Source: an uncultured PS1 clade bacterium (GTDB lineage Bacteria > Pseudomonadota > Alphaproteobacteria > MED-G09). Taken from it: a stretch of DNA of 50,578 nt. The notes beneath the pieces are model-generated. The model was given only the letters and a program-made list of their open reading frames with translations, was not told the origin of the DNA and did not search any database. The stretch lies in the NCBI GenBank assembly GCA_902609025.1, contig CACLQD010000003.1, forward strand, positions 1 to 50,578, given 5' to 3'. The translations under genes were made by a program, and so were the position numbers. Each line of letters begins with the position of its first letter. Position 1 is the stretch's first letter. Positions 22,443-29,769 of this stretch are shown here, piece after piece.

Positions 22443-23303
22443 TTAATTTATGTCCCATGAAACACCAGTCAACTCTTTACTTAAATCCCATAATCTATCT
22501 GCATCTGCTTTGCTTTGTGCCCATTTAGTTGTTTTTGCTATATTACAGTTATAAAAATATTGCCCTGATGTATTTGAAACTTCTGGAGAAGAGCATAAAT
22601 ATATTGATGTCTCTGCACCTCTCTCAGAACTCCGCATAAAGGGTTTAGCAAGAAAAAATAAGTATTTCTGAAGGCTTCCATTGTTTTGCCCAAAAGAGGT
22701 GCTTACAACACCAGGATGCAAGCAATTAACTGTAATTTTTTCATTTTCAAGGATAGCGGATAGTTTTTTTGTAAATAGTATATTAGCTAATTTAGAATAA
22801 CCATAAACCTTAAAAGGTTTATAAACATCCTCAGATTGAACATCTTCAAAATTAAAACCTTTTACAAAAGCATGAGCTCCTGATGAAACATTAACAATTC
22901 TGCTATCGTTTCCTTCTTTAAGTTTATCGATCAAGAGAGCGGTTAATAAGAAATAAGCTAAATGATTTATCGCAAAAACTTCTTCATAACCATCAACTGT
23001 TTTCTTTCTTTCTTTATTAATTAATCCGGCATTATTTAACAAAACATGAAGAGGTAAATTATGAGAATTGAATATTTCTGCTGCTTTACGAATATCAGAT
23101 TGAGATGATAGATCAGCAATAATCGGAATTGCTTCTTTTTCACTTTTTTTATAAATATCATCAACAAGTAATTTTGCTTTATCTTTATCTCTAGCAACAA
23201 AAAATATATTTGCTCCAAGTGATGAGAGCTTTATTGCTGCTGATCTTCCAATACCACTAGTTGCTCCAGTTATAAGAACATTTTTATCTTTAATATCGAA
23301 CAT
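22443..23303 (-). CDS. SDR oxidoreductase (retinol-dehydrogenase-like)
   Basis: TGATSGIG, NNAG, RIVNVSS, YxxxK (YGYSK) and LHPGVV motifs. Confidence 0.9.
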   Translation of the reverse strand: MFDIKDKNVLITGATSGIGRSAAIKLSSLGANIFFVARDKDKAKLLVDDIYKKSEKEAIPIIADLSSQSDIRKAAEIFNSHNLPLHVLLNNAGLINKERKKTVDGYEEVFAINHLAYFLLTALLIDKLKEGNDSRIVNVSSGAHAFVKGFNFEDVQSEDVYKPFKVYGYSKLANILFTKKLSAILENEKITVNCLHPGVVSTSFGQNNGSLQKYLFFLAKPFMRSSERGAETSIYLCSSPEVSNTSGQYFYNCNIAKTTKWAQSKADADRLWDLSKELTGVSWDIN

Positions 23304-23309
23304 ATTTAA

Positions 23310-23999
23310 CTAATTATCATAAGTGAAATCATTATAGCTCATATAGTTAATACCGTTATGGTTTTCTTTAGATTTCTTAATAATGAATTTTGCCAATCTT
23401 TTAGCATTTATACTTCTAAATTTTCTCAATCCACTAATCATAAATGGATCGAAAAATAAGGAGGCTATTTCAAAGGCAAAGACATCTATTCTTGGATCAT
23501 TTTTTTCTCTTTGCCAATTAATTCTCCCTGCTAAATGACCAGGTTGAAATATATTAATTGTTTCAAAAGGAAGCTTTTTAATCTCCTCTTCTAACTCACC
23601 TTTAGTTTTTAGATAAAAGCTTGTTGAGTCAGTGTTTGCTCCAACAGCTGAAACTAATGAGATTGATTTAGCGCCAGCATCTAAACTTTTTTTTGCAATA
23701 TCAAGAGTATATTCGTAATCAACTTTGTAAAAAGGCTTTTTTAGTTTATCAGGCATTACGATTAACTCCCAAGCCCTCAATTCATATCCCAAACATAAGT
23801 AAACATGTTCTATTTTTGGTAATTCAAATTCATCAAGGGACTCAAAATCAATAATTAATTCCTCTAAATTTGCATTATTCAGAGTATTTTTTCTTCTTGA
23901 GAGAGAATAAATTTTTTTATCCTCTTTAGATAAATAATTTAATATTTTTGATCCAAGATATCCTGTAGAACCAGCAATTAGCGATGTGAAGTTAGTCAT
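23310..23999 (-). CDS. NAD(P)-binding Rossmann protein (TIP30/CC3-like atypical SDR)
   Basis: AGSTGYLG, KVDYEY, LVSAVGA and FYLKTKGELE motifs. Confidence 0.78.
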   Translation of the reverse strand: MTNFTSLIAGSTGYLGSKILNYLSKEDKKIYSLSRRKNTLNNANLEELIIDFESLDEFELPKIEHVYLCLGYELRAWELIVMPDKLKKPFYKVDYEYTLDIAKKSLDAGAKSISLVSAVGANTDSTSFYLKTKGELEEEIKKLPFETINIFQPGHLAGRINWQREKNDPRIDVFAFEIASLFFDPFMISGLRKFRSINAKRLAKFIIKKSKENHNGINYMSYNDFTYDN

Positions 24000-24033
24000 A
24001 TATTTTTTATAACATTATTAAGAAAAACTTAAA

Positions 24034-25128
24034 TCATAATTTATCAAGAGCCAAAGAAATACTCTTTCCTATTGCTCTCGCTAAAAGAGGTGGCACAGCA
24101 TTACCTATTTGAAGGTTTTTCTTTGCTCTAGAACCAAAAAATTGATAGCGATCAGGGAAACTTTGTAACCTTGCGCCCTCTCTGGTTGTAAGAGCTCTAT
24201 CTATTTTAGGATGAATACATCTTGCTGAACTTGGTGTACCAAAATTTCGAGTAATAGTTGTAGCTGGTTTATTCCACCATAACCTTCCGTAACTATTAGC
24301 GTATCCAGACTTTGGTCGAATTTTAAAAGGTAAATCCTTTTTTAATCCTCCTTCCGGCAAATAACTCATAATAGTAACAAGATTTTCGCTGTGTTTTGAC
24401 GATTTATGATCCATTAAATTATCGGGAGCATTTTTTCTCATAAGTTTTTGATAATTTGTTTTTGGTTTAGATAAATATTTAGCCGAATTTTCATTATTTT
24501 TTATTTTAGGTAAATCTGAAATTGCATCACTAATTGTTAAAGGTTTTCTTATTGTTTTTTTTGCATGTGAAGATTTAGGAAAAGAATAATTCAATCCTTT
24601 TTTATAACCAATAATAAATATTCTCTCTCTGGATTGAGGAACCCCATAATTAACGGCATTTACTAGATTTATCGAAAGTTCGTAACCAATTTTTTCAAAT
24701 ATTTCTTGCAATTGACGAAATATATTCCCTTTTTTGTATGAGAATAAACCTTTCACATTTTCATAAACAAATATCTTGGGTCTAATTTCTTCAATTGCTC
24801 TAAAATACTCTAAAAACAAATTGGCTCTTGGGTCATCAATATGTCTTTTTCCCGACAGTGAATAAGCCTGACAAGGGGGTCCTCCGACCACAACATCAAT
24901 AGTATTTTTCTTATTAATAGAAAAAAAGTCTATATCAGATATAGATTTAGACAGTATCTTTGATTTAGGAAAATTTAACGAATATGTTTCACACATATCC
25001 ATATCTATGTCATTTGCTAAAATTGAGTTGAATCTATTTGTATCTTTAAGACCAAGAGAAAAACCTCCTGCTCCGCAGAAAAGATCAACTACATTATACT
25101 TCTTTAATTTGCTTCTATTGGAGCCCAT
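24034..25128 (-). CDS. DNA (cytosine-5)-methyltransferase, orphan
   Basis: Motif I DLFCGAGG, IV GGPPCQ, VI ENV, VIII QSRERIF, IX REGARLQSFPD and X QIGNAVPP. Confidence 0.94.
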   Translation of the reverse strand: MGSNRSKLKKYNVVDLFCGAGGFSLGLKDTNRFNSILANDIDMDMCETYSLNFPKSKILSKSISDIDFFSINKKNTIDVVVGGPPCQAYSLSGKRHIDDPRANLFLEYFRAIEEIRPKIFVYENVKGLFSYKKGNIFRQLQEIFEKIGYELSINLVNAVNYGVPQSRERIFIIGYKKGLNYSFPKSSHAKKTIRKPLTISDAISDLPKIKNNENSAKYLSKPKTNYQKLMRKNAPDNLMDHKSSKHSENLVTIMSYLPEGGLKKDLPFKIRPKSGYANSYGRLWWNKPATTITRNFGTPSSARCIHPKIDRALTTREGARLQSFPDRYQFFGSRAKKNLQIGNAVPPLLARAIGKSISLALDKL

Positions 25129-26183
25129 GCAAGTAAGGTTTTATCATTTGAATTAGAATTTGGAACTAACTTGATACCACCTTCTTCAGCCATTGTTTTG
25201 TAATCCATCCAAGAAACAACAGCTTCAACAGGTGTTCCAGGTCCTGAGTCAAAAACTAACGGACCATATATATTAGCAGTATAGATTAAGTCTTCATCTG
25301 TAACTCTTTGTGTTTCCTCATGTCTCGCACCTGCAGGTTCATAGAACCACATACCTGGGCCATATCCTTCAGGGGGACCTGCTCTAACACCTAAAGCTCC
25401 ACTCAATACTAAAAAGTCACTAGCGCCAATATGCGAATGCGGAAGAGCAACTCCATTATGTCTAACAATCATAGAAACGAAACCAGTTTCTTCACTGACA
25501 CGCAAAAGCTTTAAACCAACATCGGGCATTGTTGGCATTGTAAACCATGGCACTTCTCTAGTATCAACAAAATGCGGATGAGAAATTTCAGATGATAATA
25601 CTGATCCCACATCAGAATCTACTAATGTCGCAGCATTAGAAGATGCGATAGCCAAAGGCTCGCCTGGGCCTTCATAGGTTTGAGGGCCTCTTTCCCAGCA
25701 CTCAGTTGATGAATTAGGGACAAGAGAAATATTTTTTTCAGTTGCAAGCTTCTGTACATCAGTTCCTGTTAAAAGAGATTGAAGTGAGCCATCATCTTTT
25801 AATAGTGCTAATGCGCTATAAAAATTAGCTAAAACTTCAGTTTCTTCAATGGCAGTTATTGAATTAACTCTGGAATTTGCTGCTATAAAACCCCAAGTTC
25901 CTGGAGCCAAAACACTTTCTTTATCCTCTTGAGCATAACTCAGTTGACCTGACAAAACTAACATATCCATTCCGCCAAGATATACAGAGCTAGGAAAAGA
26001 ACATCCTTTCTCTAATTTATATATCAAAGAAAACATTCCGCTTTCTGGACTTACTCTTATTGGCTTAATAAATAATCCTTTTACATCTTTAACTGATATC
26101 CAAGGCATAGCATTAGTATCAATTGATCCTTCAGCGCCAAGCGGATTGTATTCAGGATTAAAACTTTCTTCTTGTTGACTCAT
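25104..26183 (-). CDS. Tandem cupin protein (ChrR / 2,4'-dihydroxyacetophenone dioxygenase-like)
   Basis: Two homologous halves (IDTNAMPW...RVSPESG and VDTREVPW...RVSEETG); the C-half has HSH...YEPAGARH. Confidence 0.7.
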   Translation of the reverse strand: MSQQEESFNPEYNPLGAEGSIDTNAMPWISVKDVKGLFIKPIRVSPESGMFSLIYKLEKGCSFPSSVYLGGMDMLVLSGQLSYAQEDKESVLAPGTWGFIAANSRVNSITAIEETEVLANFYSALALLKDDGSLQSLLTGTDVQKLATEKNISLVPNSSTECWERGPQTYEGPGEPLAIASSNAATLVDSDVGSVLSSEISHPHFVDTREVPWFTMPTMPDVGLKLLRVSEETGFVSMIVRHNGVALPHSHIGASDFLVLSGALGVRAGPPEGYGPGMWFYEPAGARHEETQRVTDEDLIYTANIYGPLVFDSGPGTPVEAVVSWMDYKTMAEEGGIKLVPNSNSNDKTLLAWAPIEAN

Positions 26184-26207
26184 AATATTTCCCCCAATTT
26201 CAAAGAA

Positions 26208-26236
26208 ATTATAAATATAAATCTTTAAAGTGTCAA
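26208..26236 (-). promoter_or_regulatory. Consensus sigma70 promoter upstream of the cupin-methyltransferase genes
   Basis: Minus strand TTGACA (26236-26231), 17-nt spacer, TATAAT (26213-26208). Confidence 0.75.
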
Positions 26237-26261
26237 AAATGTTAAATAAATGAATTATTTC

Positions 26262-26696
26262 TCATGAATAATCTTTAAGCATCTTTTTTAATTCAATTGT
26301 ATGTTGTTCTTCTTGACCAATCATTGTTCTGGCATACTCCTCAAGATATACTGATGCATTTTCGACACAATCCAATAATTCCTTATATAGGTTTAAAGCA
26401 TGAATTTCATGCTCGAGACTCTCTTCAAGAATATCCTCTATAGAATGTCTATTGCTTTCTTCAATTTTAGCAATTTTCTGACTTGGATGACCATCTAAGC
26501 CTGTCAAAAACTCACCTGCTTGTTGCGCATGATCCAGGGACTCGGTTGCCTGGCTCTGTAAAAATTCAACTATTGGTATTCTGTTTGGGCCTGATACCAT
26601 TAAAGATGAATGTGTATATCTAACAACACCGGCTAATTCATATTCCATAATCTGATTTAAAATTTCACAGACTTTAGCTTGATTTAATTCTTCCAT
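26262..26696 (-). CDS. Ferritin-like / bacterioferritin family protein (start moved to ATG 26696)
   Basis: Di-iron-type motifs YELAG, ESLDH, EHE and EEQH; GGAG precedes ATG 26696. Confidence 0.82.
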   Translation of the reverse strand: MEELNQAKVCEILNQIMEYELAGVVRYTHSSLMVSGPNRIPIVEFLQSQATESLDHAQQAGEFLTGLDGHPSQKIAKIEESNRHSIEDILEESLEHEIHALNLYKELLDCVENASVYLEEYARTMIGQEEQHTIELKKMLKDYS

Positions 26697-26713
26697 AATA
26701 AACTCCAATTCAA

Positions 26714-26771
26714 TTTAGAGCGCTTATAACATAGTAATTTTTATTTGTCTGATATTGCAATTTAATTGCAA
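26714..26771. promoter_or_regulatory. Candidate Irr ICE-like site and Fur/Mur-like palindrome upstream of the ferritin-like gene
   Basis: TTTAGAGCGCTTATAAC at 26714-26730 (ICE is TTTAGAA-N3-TTCTAAA); perfect 8-1-8 palindrome TTGCAATT-T-AATTGCAA at 26755-26771. Confidence 0.45.
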
Positions 26772-26779
26772 AAACTAAA

Positions 26780-27454
26780 TTATTTAGAATTGTTTATTCT
26801 TTTTGAAAATCCGAAAGATAGTGAGAATACTGTTGCAACTGACATAAATGCTATAAATTTTTGTATTGTAGCAGAAGCAATCATTGCCTCTTTGTTTGAT
26901 AAGGGGTTTTCTCCGATATTTAAGTAAATAACATATGCAGTAACAAGAAATAAAAATGAGGCTATAACAGCTATATATTTTATACTCAAAGAACTCCTTA
27001 GAAAAACTATTAAATAAATTAACGATGCAGGAATCATTAATCTAAAAGAGTTAAGAGCAAAAAAGACATGAAGATCAAAGAAAACATCGTAAGGTGTAAA
27101 ACCAACACCCGCAAAAAACATCGACCCAATAAAGAAAAACAAAGAGCCTATAATTGCTAAAATAAAGGTAGACTTATTTTCCTTAAATAAAATGGGAACG
27201 AACAAAAAAGAAATACCTATAAAGAAAAAAAGTAACATTGATAAATTAAAAAAAATCGAGGATATAATATTATCTTCACCTGAATGAGATTCTAATCCGC
27301 CTAAATCACTTAAAAAATTATGAGTAAATGAATATCCCGATTGAGCAGTATCATGAATATTTCCACCTGGATAAAAATAAGAGGCAATAATAATTGCAAC
27401 TACAAAAAAAATTGTAACAAATCTTATTACTTTAACTGTCCAAAAATTTATCAT
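26780..27454 (-). CDS. Multi-pass membrane protein (DUF998-like)
   Basis: YPGG...YSF..NFLSDLG motif; about 6 transmembrane segments; start taken at MINFWT. Confidence 0.62.
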   Translation of the reverse strand: MINFWTVKVIRFVTIFFVVAIIIASYFYPGGNIHDTAQSGYSFTHNFLSDLGGLESHSGEDNIISSIFFNLSMLLFFFIGISFLFVPILFKENKSTFILAIIGSLFFFIGSMFFAGVGFTPYDVFFDLHVFFALNSFRLMIPASLIYLIVFLRSSLSIKYIAVIASFLFLVTAYVIYLNIGENPLSNKEAMIASATIQKFIAFMSVATVFSLSFGFSKRINNSK

Positions 27455-27467
27455 CAGAAGATAGCTT

Positions 27468-28079
27468 CTATTGCATTTCAATAGCTATTTTAAAGGCTGG
27501 TCTATTTGTGATATTTTCAACATATTTTTTAAGATTACTCATTTCATCTGGGATACAACCCATTCTATTACTCATAAAACATGCATGACCAAGCATAATA
27601 TCTGCAGCAGAAAAATTACCAATCAAATATTCTTTTCCTGCGAGCGCTTCATCAACGGGAGCCAATGATTTGGTAAGCAATCTTTGTGCTTGTCCTAATG
27701 CAGTTTCATCTCTCCTTTCAGGAGGAAGAAGGATTGTCTGAACAACAATGGTATTAATTGGAGGCATTACCATGCCCTCGCAATAATGAAACCATTGTAA
27801 AAAATCAGGATAATTCGCATCATCTGAAGAAGGCTTTAATCCTCCATTTTTATGTCTTTCCAGAACATATTCTACTATCGCACCAGACTCATAAATTCTA
27901 ATATCGCCATCATCAAGAACTGGTATTCTTCCCAGAGGATGTCTTTTTCTATGTTCATCTGACTTTAAGTCACTTGGATGAAACGCCATATTATTAACTT
28001 CATAAGAAAGAGATAATTCTTCTAACAACCATATAATTCTGCCGGCTCTAGAATTTGGAGCAAAATGAACTTTGAGCAT
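27468..28079 (-). CDS. Glutathione S-transferase
   Basis: SRAGRIIWLLEEL, HPLGRIPVL, ESGAI and FSAADI motifs. Confidence 0.92.
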   Translation of the reverse strand: MLKVHFAPNSRAGRIIWLLEELSLSYEVNNMAFHPSDLKSDEHRKRHPLGRIPVLDDGDIRIYESGAIVEYVLERHKNGGLKPSSDDANYPDFLQWFHYCEGMVMPPINTIVVQTILLPPERRDETALGQAQRLLTKSLAPVDEALAGKEYLIGNFSAADIMLGHACFMSNRMGCIPDEMSNLKKYVENITNRPAFKIAIEMQ

Positions 28080-28188
28080 AATTTTAATCCTTTTTTGATA
28101 ATATTTATTTTATTTAGTAATTTTGTTAATCTGATTGAAAGATTAATGAAAAAAAAGATTTTTACAAATAATTTATAGGAGATTTAAA

Positions 28189-28599
28189 ATGATTGGACCA
28201 TTAAATCATGTTGGTGTTGCAGTACCATCAATAGAAAAGGCTATTGAAACATATAAAAACTTATATAATGCAACTGATATTACAGAAATTGGTGAAATGA
28301 TCGACCAGGGTGTAAGATTTTGCTTTGTTAATCTTCCAAATAGTCAAATCGAGCTGATAGAGCCTCTAGGGGATGGCTCACCAATTCAAAATTTCCTAGA
28401 TAAAAATCCCAAGGGGGGACAACATCATATTTGTTTTGAAGTTAAAGATATTCATGAGGCAAAAATTGAAATGGAGGAAAAAGGAGCTACAGTTTTAAAT
28501 GAACCAAGAATTGGTGCGCATGGTACCCTTATAATCTTTATTCATCCTAAAGATTCTGATGGCGTATTAATTGAACTAATGGAAACTCCAAAAAATTAA
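28189..28599 (+). CDS. mce: Methylmalonyl-CoA epimerase
   Basis: LNHVGVAV, IELIEPLG..SPI..FL.KNP.GG.HHIC and FIHPKD..GVLIEL motifs. Confidence 0.9.
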   Translation: MIGPLNHVGVAVPSIEKAIETYKNLYNATDITEIGEMIDQGVRFCFVNLPNSQIELIEPLGDGSPIQNFLDKNPKGGQHHICFEVKDIHEAKIEMEEKGATVLNEPRIGAHGTLIIFIHPKDSDGVLIELMETPKN

Positions 28600-29660
28600 T
28601 CCAAAAAATTTTCTACTATTTGCTTAACTGGAACTAATTTAAAGTTTTGATTAATTTTTTTTGCTTGTAAAGAAACCCCATCCAAATCAAAGGTTGCCAT
28701 ATTCATATCGTCTTGAGCAATTAATATACCGAATTCATAATCTTCATTAATATAACCAGTATAAATTTCAATTCCATCTGTTCTTGAGACACCATCAATT
28801 TCATTATCTTTACCAATTGAAAATCTTCCTATGAATTTATTCTTATTGCTTAAATTATAAACTGGAAAATCACTTGATCCCTGAGATGATGCTATTAATA
28901 ACTTACCTTCAGGATGATTTAATATGGCTAAGCCTTCAGTATCACCATTTATTTGGCCGCCATTTTCTTTTATACTATCTATTATCTTTATTTCATTATC
29001 TTTTGGTTCAGCGTCAATATAATAAACACCAGAATTTTCATCTTCTTGAGCAAAATATAAAATACCACTTTCATCATCAACAACACAACCTTCTGAAGTT
29101 GAAGCTGTTTTAATTTCCCGAACTAATTGTGTTTTAATAGGAAAGAAATTAAGTACTCTATACTGATTAATAGTAAGCGTTATAGCATCGCTAACAAAAA
29201 TATAAGTAGCTTTAGATTTACTGCTTTTATACATACAAAGACCATAAACACTCTCAAGTTCTGTCTTAAATTCATTTTTATTTAATTTTTCAATTATCCC
29301 ATCTTCATTAATCAGATAAATTATTATTGAATTATTACTTGCGTTCGAGCCCGCTAATATAGAAAAGTTTTTTGCTCCAAAGCTATAGCCGCTTCTGTTA
29401 TCTATGTTATTAATTTTTCCTGATGGAATAAACTGCATCCTTTTTCCGCTTAATGAAAATGAATGTAGTCCTGCTTTTTTATCGGTTCCAAAAATAACAC
29501 TTTTTGCAGGATCCTTTTGATTATACCAAAAAGCTGGGTCATCTGCAGCATCGCCTGAGCTAAAAACAGAATCAGTTTCTATTTTAGGATAAAGCACTAA
29601 TTCTAAAGCAGATAACTCATTAGAAAACATAATCAAAAAAATTATTAAATACTTTTTCAT
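28596..29660 (-). CDS. Beta-propeller phytase (secreted)
   Basis: Signal peptide; DAADDPAFW, GTDKK, YGLCMY, EGCVVDD, DTEGL, SSQG, TDG and QNFKLV motifs. Confidence 0.88.
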   Translation of the reverse strand: MKKYLIIFLIMFSNELSALELVLYPKIETDSVFSSGDAADDPAFWYNQKDPAKSVIFGTDKKAGLHSFSLSGKRMQFIPSGKINNIDNRSGYSFGAKNFSILAGSNASNNSIIIYLINEDGIIEKLNKNEFKTELESVYGLCMYKSSKSKATYIFVSDAITLTINQYRVLNFFPIKTQLVREIKTASTSEGCVVDDESGILYFAQEDENSGVYYIDAEPKDNEIKIIDSIKENGGQINGDTEGLAILNHPEGKLLIASSQGSSDFPVYNLSNKNKFIGRFSIGKDNEIDGVSRTDGIEIYTGYINEDYEFGILIAQDDMNMATFDLDGVSLQAKKINQNFKLVPVKQIVENFLD

Positions 29661-29714
29661 ATCTAATGATTTATCATCTACTAAATTATTAATCTATATA
29701 TGATTTATGAAAAT

Positions 29715-29749
29715 AAAAAAAAAGAGGCAGTATATACTGCCTCTCTTTT
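29715..29749 (-). terminator. Intrinsic terminator downstream of the TonB-dependent receptor
   Basis: AGAGGCAG-TATATA-CTGCCTCT hairpin followed on the minus strand by a long T run. Confidence 0.85.
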
Positions 29750-29769
29750 AAACAATTATATACTATTAC

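Noticed and set aside
24034-25128. Complete restriction-modification system
   Set aside because: The flanking genes are a Rossmann-fold protein and a cupin; no endonuclease is recognisable.
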